A stretch of 64,000 nt of DNA, from NCBI RefSeq assembly GCF_006345805.1, contig NC_043012.1, forward strand, positions 51,646,001 to 51,710,000, in the 5' to 3' direction. The DNA is from Octopus sinensis (lineage: Eukaryota). The stretch's first letter is position 1; every line of letters starts with the position of its first letter. Below are positions 23,893-38,287 of this stretch, piece after piece. The translations under genes and the position numbers were made by a program. The notes under the pieces are model-generated. The model searched no databases. It saw only the letters and a program-made list of their open reading frames with translations, and had not been told where the DNA came from.

Positions 23893-24060
23893 AGCCTTAA
23901 ATTTGGTGGGTGGTGCTAGTCGATTATATCGACCCCGATCCTCATCTGGCACTTATTTTAGCTACCTACAGTGGATGAAAAGCACGATCGACTTCGGTTG
24001 AATTTGAACAGAGAACGTAAAGACAGATGAAATGTGCTTAGCATTTTGCTTGGCGTGCTA
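23893..24060 (-). mobile_element. SINE family D (degenerate)
   Basis: gtcgattatatcgacccc...acttatttt...gatgaaaagcacgatcgacttcggttgaatttgaacagagaacgtaaag. Confidence 0.7.
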
Positions 24061-24284
24061 AGTATAATTTATACACTAACCCGTGGATTGGGTACCATTT
24101 CTTCTCTTTTACCATATGAAAATACAATCATTCATATTTAGGCACAATTTGACCGAATCGAAATCATGGGTTCCCGAGTTCAAAGACATTGAGCGATATT
24201 CTGTGCTAATATATTTTTATTACGATCTGTCCAACTCATAATATAAATACGACGGTTCTCCAACGCAAGTGTGTGTGTGTGTGT

Positions 24285-24333
<49 letters not shown>

Positions 24334-24372
24334 TGTGTACGTGTGCGTGTTTGTGTGTGCATGTCTGCGTGA

Positions 24373-24410
<38 letters not shown>

Positions 24411-24619
24411 GGCAATTGTGGTTACTCTTAGTGTATATGTTTTCGTTCATGTGCGTTTTCGTCCATGAGCAATGTATGTGTTTCGAACATCTTAGTCACA
24501 ATTAGTAACAATTATAATTTTCCTTTTTGGTGAAACATTGCAACCTGCTGTTTATATTAAATTTAAGTGTGTGTGTGTATGTTTGTGTGTGTATATATAT
24601 ATACAGAGAGAGAGAGCGA

Positions 24620-25002
24620 GGTCACTAACGTGACAGAGAGTAGAAAATGGTACCAGCATTGCTAAAAACAATAGTTAAAACGACTCATTAGCCACAAATC
24701 ACAATCTTAATAAGCCCACAAAAGGAGACAAAGGTCCCTAAGGTCGCAGATATAGCCATATCAATGATTTCGAATTTTCATGCAGAGTACCTGAATTCAT
24801 GTCAGTGCCTCTTACTCAAATCCCTTAAACTCACCTCGTCAACTTATAGGAAAGGTAGTTGAAATCGTGCTGATTTCAAAAACGGTAGAAGAGAAAATTA
24901 TAAATAATATGAGTGGCTTATTAGCAATTTAACAACCTGAGTGTAAATCTATAAATTTCACTGACGTGACAGAGGACATAAACGGGTACCTGCATTGCTA
25001 GA
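24620..25002 (+). mobile_element. Two tandem copies of a possible Helitron-like 3' end
   Basis: cact(a/g)acgtgacagag...ggtacc(a/t)gcattgcta occurs at about 24625 and 24958; the second copy ends in GCTAG. Confidence 0.3.
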
Positions 25003-25084
25003 AGTAAGAGACACTTTAGTGACGACTGTAAATTTGCCTTTCGGTTGTGTAATTGCTAATAAGCCACACATGTGGGGTGTGTAT

Positions 25085-25520
25085 ATGTGCAAGTTGTGGT
25101 GAGCATTTTGTTGTATAAATTATGCAAAAATGAAAATAACACTGACATCTCATTTCAATAGATATATTTACCAAAATTACATAAAAATATCTTGAAATAC
25201 TAAAGAGTAAATGATTACATTAAAATCGCCATTGATTTCAATCACGAACTTCAGGCGACTTCGAAAACTCCTGCAATTATTCTGGTCTGTCTCCTTGTTT
25301 AAGTTGGTGAATGCTGCCATAATCCTTTCCTTCAGTTAGTCTTTGGTGTTACAAAGAGCTTTGTTAATCTCACGCTCAACTTGGTCTTACGCATAATAAT
25401 CAAGGGTCTTGCAGTCTGGGGAAATAGGGGGCCAGTTGATACGAGTGATATGGTCGCAAAAATTGTTTGACAGCCATAACTGGATTCTTCTGTTTATGCA
25501 GACGTAGGATCTGTTGCAAG
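25085..25520 (-). mobile_element. Tc1-like transposon 3' remnant (transposase C-terminus)
   Basis: Minus frame WLSNNFCDHITRINWPPISPDCKTLDYY...ERIMAAFTNLNKET...FRSRLKFVIEINGDF contains the WPPxSPD motif. Confidence 0.8.
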
Positions 25521-25524
25521 ACAG

Positions 25525-25571
<47 letters not shown>

Positions 25572-25861
25572 TCCAAGAAAGTTAGGGGGTGTGGGTCCAA
25601 CCCACTAAGGGATAAAATCTATCCAAAATACTGTTGGCATAATACCCAATTATTAATACACATTTGTTTTTATATTATATTCTATATTTTATCTTTCATA
25701 TACTATGTATTGTGAACAGCAGAATACACGTAATCTAATATTAATAATGATATTAGTAATAAATGAATATTATATATGTACTCATGGATATGGCTGTGTA
25801 TGTGTATGTACATTTCAGTATTTATATTTAATTATCTATTACACTGTATGTATGCATATTA

Positions 25862-25938
<77 letters not shown>

Positions 25939-25986
25939 ATCTATCTATCTATCTATCTATATATCTATCTATCTATCTATCTATCT
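25862..25986. repeat. (ATCT)n tract at the 5' junction of the Tx1-like element
   Basis: Direct reading. Confidence 0.95.
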
Positions 25987-27352
25987 GGCGAACACGTACA
26001 TCGCGTCCGTCATCTACTACCGCCTGACCGTCGTGCCTTGTCCCGACCCTACCATCACCAAACTAGAACGTATTCTCTTTCGCCTCTAGTGGAAAGGATG
26101 CGTCCCGATGATCAGGCGATCCATTTGCTGTCAACACCCTTTAAAAGGAGGACTGGTCATGCCGTGGTTGATGATGCGCAGACACGCACTGAGACTGCGA
26201 CATCTCAGTCTCTTCGTAGACGACGGTAAACAGGTGTAGTCGCCGTTTATGAGGCACGCTTTCCCGCAGCTCGTCTCCATGACCGAACTGCTGTCGTGGA
26301 TCAAAAAGAGGCCGAGGAAGGGCGAATGGCACCGTGGGTGTCGCGTTGCTCTCAAGCAACTCTGCCGTCCTGGGTCGACCTTGAGTGACTCCATCACAAC
26401 CAAAGCATTCTATAGGGGATTAGTGGAGGGGAGGTACGACGACGAGCTCGGAGCGAACCTGGACGTCGACGAGGAATACCTGACCAGAGATCCCTGGCCT
26501 GGCAGTGCTACCGAGAAGCGCTACCCGTTCAGGATAAGCCCTACAGACACGGCTCGAGAAACACGGGGCCGACTTGCCCGAGATGCGGTCAGAACGACGA
26601 AACCGTTCTGCACGCACTCGTGCAGTGTCCAACAATTTCCGACCTGTGGGCTTATGTCGAACAACTGCTGTCACGTGTGGGACGATTCGGTTAATCAGCT
26701 GAGTCTATCGTCAATATTGTCACGCCTTCTTCCTTCAAACGGGAAGGAAGATCTATTTTCATCATCCTTGTGGCTATGGCGAAGGAATGTCTCTGGTGGA
26801 CGCGTCTGAAAGGATTGGAGACAAACACTTTCCTCTCTGGTCAATCTCTCATCAACTTCTTCAAGTACCACTTGAAAAGGAAAGTGAGAGTAGAGAGGCA
26901 AGTTTTGTCTAGCGAATGTTTTAAAAAAAGATGGGTGAATGTAGCAAGGACGGCACGTACGAATGATGAAGCCACCTTGAGCATAATCCTATGAACCCAT
27001 AAATTGAAAACAGAGGGTTACCCACTTGCAAACAAATGTGGTAACATGTAACAATATTAACCGAGGTTACCGTGGTCTTTTTCGTAGGCTTTTCTTCCCA
27101 CGGATAAACCTTATCTGCTTTCCCCTTTACACCGTACATTATGACACTGTGATACACGATCCCTATTGATCGTTTTTTTCCTCTCTCCCTTTTATCCTCT
27201 TTTTTCTTCCTTTTTTATTTTTCTTTTCCTTTTTTTATCTTTTTTTCCCCTTTTACGATCCCTTTTTTTGGTTTGTTTTGGTTTTTTTTCGTTTTTTTAC
27301 CTTGTAATTTGTTCCATCTGTGTGCAGCCCTGTGTGGCCAATAAAGAAACTT
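25987..27352 (+). mobile_element. 5'-truncated L1/Tx1-clade non-LTR retrotransposon (post-RT ORF2, CCHC knuckle, 3' UTR)
   Basis: Frames ...ILFRL*WKGCVPMIRRSICCQHPLKGGL..., LAWQCYREALP and CPRCGQNDETVLHALVQC (C-x2-C-x8-H-x4-C at 26575-26628); stop at about 26994; AATAAA at 27340; GC-rich relative to host; frameshifted and internally deleted. Confidence 0.88.
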
Positions 27353-27470
<118 letters not shown>

Positions 27471-27509
27471 CTCTCTCTCTCTCTCTCTAATATATAATAT
27501 ATTATATTA

Positions 27510-27609
<100 letters not shown>

Positions 27610-27639
27610 AAATATGTGAGTATTTTGTTTTATATTTAT

Positions 27640-27822
27640 CACCTTGATCACCTTGATCACATTGACCGACCAGTCAGTCGGGCATCCATTTGACACCGCT
27701 GGTCACAGCGCTCTGGCCACTCTGGATCACGCCTTTCTCATCCACGCGAACCGAATCGTCTTCCTGAAATCGTAACTCCGCCATCGTAGATTGTACTTTA
27801 TAATCTCTGACGAGGCCTAGAG
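27640..27822 (+). mobile_element. Repeat fragment ending in a truncated hammerhead-like motif (Penelope-like)
   Basis: CTGACGAGGCCTAG at 27807-27820; the GAAA half is missing. Confidence 0.35.
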
Positions 27823-28088
27823 ATATATACAAGTACCTCATTTTCAACTGCCTATTACCTCAATACAGGCAGCATGAGGTGCATTTATCTATAGGCTGCA
27901 ACAGCTGTAAGTTATTTTAATAATTTATATTCATATTTTTGAATAATTACTCTATTCTTATTTTATATGCATAGAATAATATGATATATGTATGTATGTT
28001 ATTACAATTATCATTTTAATAATAAGTTAACATTTTAACGTCATAAAGTTGATGAACCAACTATTGTGCTTCTCCATTTTGTTATTTG

Positions 28089-28135
<47 letters not shown>

Positions 28136-28155
28136 GTGTGCATATATATATATGA

Positions 28156-28214
<59 letters not shown>

Positions 28215-28945
28215 TATATATATATATATATTTGCATGTATGTATATTTCTACGCATTTATATATGCATATATACATAGATATGTTTGTGCCTGCGGTAT
28301 TGAGTATGTGAGCGAGCATATATTCCTCAGCATATTTGCGTTTTATATTATGTATTACTATATCATTCCCTACTTTCATAATCAGCAGAGAATGTGATAC
28401 ATATTTTCGAACAAATCGTGACTGCACGTATTTATGGAGGTTGTGGATATTTGAAAGCTTCCTCGCGACTTTATCAATGTATTACAGGTTGCGTTGAACA
28501 GAATTAAGTAGAATATAATGTCCCGTTACGTTGCAATTTTGCTTCGGCTGGGAATTGACGATTACTCTGAATCTGAGTTACTGACAACAATAATATAATA
28601 CACATACAGCCATTATTTACTTGTAATACAATTTTATTTATTCTATAATAACGAACCACAGCAATTGCGCACACAAACACACATACACATATGGATATAT
28701 TTGTATACAGATATATATATATATATATATATACACTGATACATATGTATATATATTCATGTTTGTCAGTGTGTGTGAATGTGTGCATGCGTATTTATGT
28801 ATATATGTATGTATATATATATATGTATATATATATACATGTACATATATATATGTATATATATGTATGTATCTATATATATATGTATATATATATGTGT
28901 GTATATATATATGGGTATATATATATATATATATATGTATATTAT

Positions 28946-28978
<33 letters not shown>

Positions 28979-30185
28979 GTAAGAATATATGATAAAAATA
29001 TTAAGGCCTACATGCATAAATGTCTATTTGAGTTTGTGCCTATATGTGGCTTCCTTGTGTGGCTATATGTGCATCTGTGTATGTTTATTGTGTTTATATA
29101 TGCATGTTTTGTGTCTGTGTGCGCATATGTATTTAATGGAGTTTAAGCCAGTAAAATGATCGTTCCATTAGTTATAGCAAAACTAAAATCTAGTAATGTA
29201 GTCGGGGCAGTTTTGAATTAGTAGATGTCTGTTGGATGTGATTACTGAACAGCACAGTTACAAAGCAATTAACCTCTCAATAAACCGATGAAACGAATAT
29301 GTGCTTTTGAAAATTGACTAATTAACTATCTTAATGAATTAAACGGAAACTAACAATGAAAGAAAATTCACTCTAAAAATTAATGCACTTGAGTCATATT
29401 ATTTAACATATAGAAATATTTTATTATTTATGAGCTGTTCATTATTTGCTCAAAAAGTTATTATTTTCACTAAGTATGTTCATAAATACTTCAAAAATAA
29501 TTTTTATCTAAATATTGTAAATCTGAAATGACTATGAAATAAATGAAGCAAGCTAACTCTTCTGTGAAGCTAAAATACTTAACGCTAATGACTTTTCCAA
29601 ACATTAAAGAACGGTGTTATTTATGTCACTAATTATTCTTCAAGACCATCTTTGACTAAATTTCTGAGACATATATACATATATATTTATCAAATCCTAA
29701 ACTGTGGCGACTTCACTGAAGTCTAATGATAGTTGTAGTGGAAACTGTAGACATCTTTGAAAATTTGAAGTAAATCTATAACTTTTTGTTTTTCTATTTC
29801 ACGTAATGATGGAAACGTTTGTAAATGTGGCAGCCAAGAAACAAAAATATATTAGTTGCTGTTAGTATTTTTATTTCGCCGAATTCTGAAATGACGAAGC
29901 AAGTCATATCATTAAAGATATTTCATACTTGACCATCTGGTCCCAACAAGAGTATCAAGGATTGTATTAGAAATAGTGGTGGATTTGAGGTTGGTATAAA
30001 CAGCAGGAATTGTTCTATACAGTCACTCGTAAACAATTTACACACACACACACACGTTAGTGTGCAAATGGAGAACCCATTGCCACTATAGTGACCTATA
30101 CATGTACATCAGTTTATACGTATGTGTGCGTGCACTTGCACATATGTGTGTGTATGTGCATGCATACACACACATATACATATAC

Positions 30186-30290
<105 letters not shown>

Positions 30291-30524
30291 GATATATGTA
30301 TATGTATCTACATATATATATATATATGTACACACACACACACATATATATATATATCGCGTATTCTGAGTAAACAAATTAATGTAACCCGATGGTAAAC
30401 AGAATTCCGCGAATTATGTGCTTCAAAGTCAGTTGGAAGGACGGGGTCCGTGTGAGCGAGCGGTAAATAGTTAATCAAAAGAGAAAAACAAAAAAAAGCA
30501 AAAGAAAAAACACAAACAAATAAC

Positions 30525-30660
30525 AATAACGCGGGGAAGTGATACGCGTAGTGTATTAACATACGCTCAGAGAGTGAAAGAAAGGTAGTTTTACGGTTCG
30601 AACCAATCCCTTCTTCAAAAACAGGAGGCAGAGGCAAAATAGCCAAAGATCAAACGTCCG
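30525..30660 (-). mobile_element. Penelope-like-derived repeat with a degenerate hammerhead
   Basis: Minus 30622-30588 reads GTTT-TTGAAGA-A-GGGATTGGTTC-GAAC-C-GTA-AAAC; stem I is intact and two core positions are changed; flank homologous to 5645-5825. Confidence 0.5.
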
Positions 30661-30816
30661 GTCATTTCAAATTGTTACTACAAGTGGATCGTTGCCGATT
30701 TTTTCCCCTCAGTCATCCTTTTCTCTTGGACTTTCCTCTGGACTTTCCTTTTCTTTCTTCCCATGAGCGTCTGTTAATACTTTGCATGTACCATATATTA
30801 TATATATATATACATT

Positions 30817-30850
<34 letters not shown>

Positions 30851-30853
30851 CAA

Positions 30854-30898
<45 letters not shown>

Positions 30899-31007
30899 AT
30901 GTATATATAAATTTGAAATGAGGGTGAGAAATTAGATTTTAATTTAATTAACATCGATTTCACACCAGTGGTCTAGCATATAAAAAAAAAACTAAAGGTT
31001 CAGTCAA

Positions 31008-31053
<46 letters not shown>

Positions 31054-31581
31054 TAGAATATAATGATGTACTACTGAAGTTAACATGTGATACAGTGCTC
31101 ACTATGAATATACAAGTTATGGTAGACGATGGTTGTTACTATTAGAACTCAGCATTGCCATGCTAATGATATAAGTTCAACTTATTAAACTCTGAGTACG
31201 TATTTATATCTGTATCTGTTTCCCATTTAATATATGAGGAGAGGGTGAGGCGTGCATCTGATACAGGGAAATTGCAGAGCCTCTCTGCCGTCCCCAGCCT
31301 GCTGATAACACTTTGATATTCACTGGCCCGATGTCGTCTGGACCGTTATCCATAGAAGTATCTCGAATAAAACCAACTAAAAGTTTCCTTGCCCCGATGC
31401 TTTTAGTTAAATTCTCGCAGTATTACATATATTTCTTTTCCCCCCGATCTCAGTAGCAAGTTAATAGCAATGAAAAATAATATCTAGTAATGTGTAAGTG
31501 TGCAAATCAGTTTGATTTAGGTGAGAATAAATGCAAAAAAAAAACAAAAAAAAATACTATATTGGTAATTACAACGTATAA

Positions 31582-31802
31582 AAAATAAATGCGCCCGGTT
31601 TCCCGGTTTCTATGGCGTTTGTGTTCCTCAGCTGGACGGGACGTCAGTCCATCGCAGCGTTACTTATTTTTGCCAGCTGATCGGACTGGAGCAACGTGAA
31701 ATGAAGTGTTTTTGCTCAAGAACACATCGCGTCGTCCGGTCCAGGAATCGAAACCACAATCTTACGATCATGATGCTGATACCCTAACCACCAAGCCGGG
31801 CG
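31582..31802 (-). mobile_element. SINE family B
   Basis: A and B boxes present (tggtggttagggt...gtttcgattcc); body homologous to 11102. Confidence 0.85.
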
Positions 31803-32182
31803 GCAACGTAGTAACTGATAAAAATTAGAAATCTTGACGTAGCCTGCGCACACACACGCTCTCTCTCTCTCTCCCTCTCCCTCTTTCTTTCTCTCTCCCT
31901 CTTTCTACATATCTCTCTCTCACACATACACTCACATACTCCCACACTCATTTATTACGATATGAACTCTGGCATGCACAATAAACAGTCACATTTTCCT
32001 GGAGAAAGTAAGATGTTGCGTTTGAGGCAGAGAAGCGGCAGATTCTACATTACCGAATGTCTCTGCTCTTTTCATTTGTTGCTACGTCTTCCGTATGTCT
32101 ATTTCACCTATCTTTGACCTTAGCAACTCTTCCTAACCTTATTATCAGCATTTTACTATTATGGAATAGACGATTTGCTAAG

Positions 32183-32620
32183 GGATCTTTTCGATTTGAA
32201 CGGCAGTTTTTTCTAGCGGTGTCATATGAAATTGTCACCCATAATTATGACCCTAGTATCGATCTATTGCATTTCAATCTGTTTTAGGGTTAGGGTTATT
32301 TAAGTTTAGGGTAAGGGTTAGGGGTGGAGGGAAGAGTATCGTTTTTTCTTCAGAAATGTAAATAAACCCAATCTATTTCTTAAACGAGGGACGTATTCGT
32401 ACGTCACAGAATGTTTTCGCCTCAATAGACGTCATTGATTTGTTGAAATTGCAGAAATTGAAGAAAAAACAACAAATAGCTAACAAACTATAGAATTTTC
32501 TCAATAAAGCCAAGAGAAAAAGATGTTTTATAAACACATTCTACCAGTATACGAAGTTTAAATGTGTTTAGTTACGTGGAAATTATTTTAAAAAACTGCT
32601 GTTCAAACCGAAAAAAAACC
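32183..32620. mobile_element. TIR MITE (Merlin-like) with internal TTAGGG repeats, copy 1
   Basis: GGATCTTTTCGATTTGAACGGCAGTTTTT left TIR; degenerate right TIR; TTGCTAAG on both flanks (1-nt offset). Confidence 0.8.
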
Positions 32621-33621
32621 ATTGCTAAGCTTTCTCCCAATTAACCGTTTGTTCCGGAACAGTCATCTCCCTTACACTTACCAAAGAAATAGACCTCTGC
32701 TATACAATCAAATTCTCATCTCTACTGAACACGTTATTTTATACAGCTCATAATTACCCATCCAAATGTCCTATCTGAGTAGCTTTAATGCAGCATCGTC
32801 CTTCTTTCTTATAATTCGTTGATTGTAAAAGAAAATACAGCTGGAGGACTGTTGACGGTCGATTTGGACAATTAACTTGATCTCTTGCTACGCTATATCT
32901 ATTTCAACCTTACACACTTATTTCAGTAATTCCTACGTTATATTTGGTCACACAGGCAGCAGAAAGTATTCACATCACAGAAATATTCCAGAGATTATTT
33001 GCATTTTCATTCATACTGAAAACAGTTAGAATAATACAAGAACACATTGAACGCATGTATGTGTGTAAATTGAGAAATGAACGGTGATTGCAAAAGCACA
33101 GGAAATACATATATGAAATACAACACACATGTAGATGCAATAAAAACAGTTTATGACACCGGGTATACATCCCTGGTAGTAGTACTGACATTTGAGAAAA
33201 CTTTTCTACTGAATAACCAGTCATCAAGTGTAGTGTATGACAGAGATAACTTGATCATTTCCTAAAGTAACCTACACTAGTGGAACCTGCTGGGATAGAG
33301 AAATCTAGGAAATATCTAGCATCGATTCCTTTATTCTTCTCCAATCATGGTTGCTGTTTCAGTCACAGATTTTAAAAACATAAAACAAGGCTCCATAGAA
33401 GCAAATTTTTTAAGTATATTTTTTGCATATGCAGAGCGCACTTTAATTTTATTCTGCAGAAGTGTAGAAGAATATATGTCTCAAAATGAGGGAACAATAT
33501 AATAGAATGTTTCATCAAAAATGATAGTTTAACTGCTTCTGCAGAAACTGATGCTAGCGGGAATGCTATTCATTGTAAACAGCTTCAAAAAGAAAAAAAA
33601 TTAAAGAACAACAACTTGGTG

Positions 33622-34067
33622 GGATCTTTTCGATTTGAACAACAGTTTTTTCTAGCGGTGTCATATGAAATTGCCACCCATAATTATGACCCTTGTATCG
33701 ATCTATTGCATTTCAATCTGTTTTAGGGTTAGGGTTAGTTAGGGTTAGGGTTAGATTTGGGTTAGGGGTGGGGGAAGGGTATCATTTTTTCTTCACAAAT
33801 GTAAATAAACCCGATCTGTTTCTGAAACGAGGGAATATTCATACGGTACAGAATGTTTTTTTTTTACCTCAATAGACGTAATTGATTGGTTGAAATTGCA
33901 GAAATTGAAGGAAAAATACAACAAATATCTTACAAACTATAGAATTCTCTCAAAAAAGCCAAGAGAAAAAGATGTTTTATAAACACATTCTACCAGTATA
34001 GGAAGTTTAAAATTTTTTAGTTACCTACAAAGTATGTTAAAAACTGGCGTTCAAACCGAAAAGATCC
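33622..34067. mobile_element. TIR MITE (Merlin-like) with internal TTAGGG repeats, copy 2
   Basis: GGATCTTTTCGATTTGAAC ... GTTCAAACCGAAAAGATCC TIRs; perfect 8-bp TSD ACTTGGTG; telomere-like tract at 33723-33767. Confidence 0.88.
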
Positions 34068-34937
34068 ACTTGGTGTGTTCATTTTATTTGTAGCAACGTC
34101 AAATATTTACGAAACAGACTGAAAGAATAGTGGATATAGTAGATCTATTCAATAGAAGGATGATGGTCTGAGTTGTAATCAAAAGGTAGAATTCTCAGTC
34201 CTTTAACATAAAATTGTGAGATAAACTTACTTAGTTTCTTGTGCTCTCTAATATTTTCTTCATTAGTAAGGAGTCACTTTTATGGAGAACGACTGAAAGT
34301 GGGACATGAGTCATATACAATTACGATTCTATAGAAAGTTTAGAAAGAAGGTAGTTCGATACAAAAGTATCCCAGATTCCATGAAATCTATCCTCGTCTA
34401 CCAAGAAATCTCTACTCCCACTTCACTGAGGCGATGCTAAACATGTCATATTCAGATTTACGATGTCTCAAAAAACACAATTCCGTTACCTTCACCAATA
34501 TTATCAGCATCAAATTCAAACTATAATGGCATCGAATGAAATATTAGGATAACATTTATTATCAGCATTCAACCTCACAGTTTCCGTTTTGAAGGGGAAT
34601 TAAATAAACAGTTTGAAGACGAACAGTAATACACGAAGAGGGAAAAGCACAACGTTTAGGTTGGTGTACTCAGTTTTAGAGACATTATACTATACAGACG
34701 AAGTGCACGTAGAACAAAAGAGGAGAGCGAAAAATGATGTGTGCAAAGCGAGAAAGTTATTAAATATCATACATCAAAGCAATTAAATACCATACGACAA
34801 ATATTCTTCAAGTATTTAAATTAAGTTTGCTTCCATGGAATACAGAAAAGCCGATTACCGGCATATGGGAACAATTCTAGATGAGAAGGGACAAAATATG
34901 AAGCGTCAACAATTTTTTTTTAAATGATGCACATATG

Positions 34938-35062
34938 CATAGGCGTGGCAGTATGGTTTCGGGTACATTTCAGTGCGTTGCAACTTGGTCATGTATCTTC
35001 TGATATGGCCTCGGACTATATACATGCATACACACGCAGACACCCCCCCCACACACACACAT

Positions 35063-35099
<37 letters not shown>

Positions 35100-35222
35100 A
35101 ATACGTGTGTGTGTTTATTTATTCCCACTATCACTTCACAGTAGGTTTTATGCTTTTCTCTCCCCCTGATATAGCGGTTCAGCAACACAGACTGATAGAT
35201 TAAGTAACAAGCTTTACGAAAG
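34938..35222 (+). mobile_element. Heavily decayed SINE family A copy
   Basis: ataggcgtggcagtatgg head remnant, tagcggttcagca...gactgataga...agtact body remnant. Confidence 0.5.
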
Positions 35223-35341
35223 TACTGGAGTCTATGTATCTGTCTATCTATCTAACTATCAATCTATCTATCCCTCCTTTCTCTATTTCTCTTTATCTCC
35301 CTCTCTCTCTGTAAATGTGCACATACATTTATACATACATG

Positions 35342-35388
<47 letters not shown>

Positions 35389-35394
35389 ATATAG

Positions 35395-35472
<78 letters not shown>

Positions 35473-35485
35473 TAGATAGATATAG

Positions 35486-35580
<95 letters not shown>

Positions 35581-35681
35581 GTGTTGATCTATATATAATT
35601 CAGCACTTTCTTGTCTGCACATTTTAAATATTTCCTCATGCATAGGCGCGTGTATACGCTGCCTCACACACACACACACAT

Positions 35682-35712
<31 letters not shown>

Positions 35713-36323
35713 AATATACATATATATATATACATACATGCATATATATATACATATATACATTCACGTATATATAGATACATGCATATATATATAAATA
35801 CAAATATATGTATGTACATGTACTTATGTATGTAAGTCTGTGTGTGTCTATGTGTCTGTGTGCGTGTGTGAATGTATACATGTTTGTATATGAGTATGTA
35901 TCTTGCAAAATGAAGTGCATTATTTTCCAAGTAACTTATACTGTGGTAGTGTATTATTATAACTGAAACTCACAGCAAGAGTGAGAATAGCCATTTAAGA
36001 TCACATTCTTTTGACAGCGCATAGTAGAACAAATAGCAAACAAGCATTTATTTCCTATTTCACATATCATGCACTCACAATTGATTTTCGAACTTTTCTG
36101 CTGATTCTACAATTCCAGACGGAATGGAATTGTGTTTGTCTGTAATGAGGGCATCAAAACGATCTACTTGCATTCATCATTCAATGCTATAGAGCAATAT
36201 ATATATATACACATCTGTGTGTGTGCGTGAGACTGATATTTTTATTCTTTATAACTATATATGTATGCGTCTGTATGTATCTCTGCGTATGTGCGTGTCT
36301 CTATGCAAGTATCGATATATATC

Positions 36324-36374
<51 letters not shown>

Positions 36375-37029
36375 ATTATATTATATATATATATTCCTTC
36401 ATGCAGATACGTAGATACGTGTATGGCATGCATACATGCATTGGTACATAAGTACATGAAAATATACATTAACCAACTACATTATTAGTCGATCCACATG
36501 CTTAAATGTAGTCTATAAGAACATGTAAGAGATACATAGCATTACTGTTGTCATACTACAATATGGTGACCTTAAGTGGTCGTGGGCATCTCCGGTGTTT
36601 TGCGTCGCTAAGATCTTTGCTAAAATATCATTGTTCTATACATCTGACTTTGATGAGAATCGTTTAATGAATGAAGATCATTTTAGTAATTGATTTTCAT
36701 AAAGAAATTTGAAAATGTATAAGGAACAAATTCCAACGACAGATTTGTATGTATGTATGTATGTATGTATTTATGTATGTATGTATGTATGTATGTATGT
36801 ATGTATGTATGTATGTATGTATGTATATATGGTTGGATGGATGAATGGATGGATAGATGGATGGATGGATGCATCCATAAACAAATTATTTTCCTATATT
36901 CCAATTTCAATGTCTACTCTATTTTATTGTAATATTTCGGAACGTACATTTTCTGGGTTTGACTTGTGTGGTTTCAGAGATTAGTTTATTTGAGTTAGAT
37001 GTTATTTACAGTTATAATGAAACAAAATA

Positions 37030-37067
<38 letters not shown>

Positions 37068-37339
37068 AATAAATGTGGGTATACATATGACTATATAGAT
37101 ATATGTGTATATGTGTGTATATATACATGTGTGTGAGTGTGTTTGTTTGTACATAAGCATACGTATACATGAGACCCACACGAACAAATACGGTAGCGAT
37201 ATTTTAAGACGATTACTTACAGACCTGGATGTTCTTCAGGAAACACGTTATAATGTAAGAGAAACATATGCCGGATGCGATTTATATGCAAAAGTATACA
37301 CGTAGAATATATAAAACCATATATATATATGTATTATAT

Positions 37340-37747
37340 ACTCTTTTTACTCTTTTACTTGTTTCAGTCATTTGACTGCGGCCATGCTGGAGCACCGCCT
37401 TTAGACGAGCAAATCGACCCCGGGACTTACTCTTTTTGTAAGCCCAGTACTTATTTTATCGGTCTCTTTTGCCGAACCGCTAAGTGACGGGGACGTAAAC
37501 ACACCAGCATCGGTTGTCAAGCAATGCTAGGGGGACAAACACAGACACACAAACATATACACACACACTTATATATATATATACATATATACGACAGGCT
37601 TCTTCCAGTTTCCGTCCACCAAATCCACTCACAAGGCATTGGTCGGCCCGGGGCCATAGTAGAAGACACTTGCCCAGATGCCACGCAGTGGGACTGAACC
37701 CGGAACCATGTGGTTGGTTAGCAAGCTACTTACCACACAGCCACTCC
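37340..37747 (-). mobile_element. SINE family A, near full length
   Basis: High similarity to 13321-13712, including the (CTTTTA)n tail. Confidence 0.92.
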
Positions 37748-38287
37748 ATATATTCACAAACACACGTAATCAAAAAAAATATGTATGTATCATATACTTA
37801 CAAACACACGTATAATATACGTACATATACACAAATATATAGACACATACATGTTTACGTACAAACAAACAGATGGACAAGTAAATAAAGCCTACATTTA
37901 ACAACTCCCATGTATATATTATGCATTACTTATTCTCCAGCACATTTAAAATCAAGTTATAATACTTGTTTCGTACGAAAAATAGACGTTTTGTTTCTCT
38001 GTCCGTTTCTTGTTTATCAGATGTCATGCCTTACGCAGTTAAAATTATAAATGTCTTTAGTCCAACTGAAGTTGAAGAGGGGGTCAGTTGCTTAAAGTTC
38101 TCAAAGTTCTGCGAGGTATTATATGATAAATGTTCAATATATTCTACACATGTTTTAGTTTCCTTTGCATTTCTCCCCATCCACGCATAGACTCTCCCTT
38201 GAGCATCTGTATATCTTTCGTGCTTAAGTATCACGATTATATGAAGTATAAATGTACTGCATTGATACATGATCGTCTATACACTAT

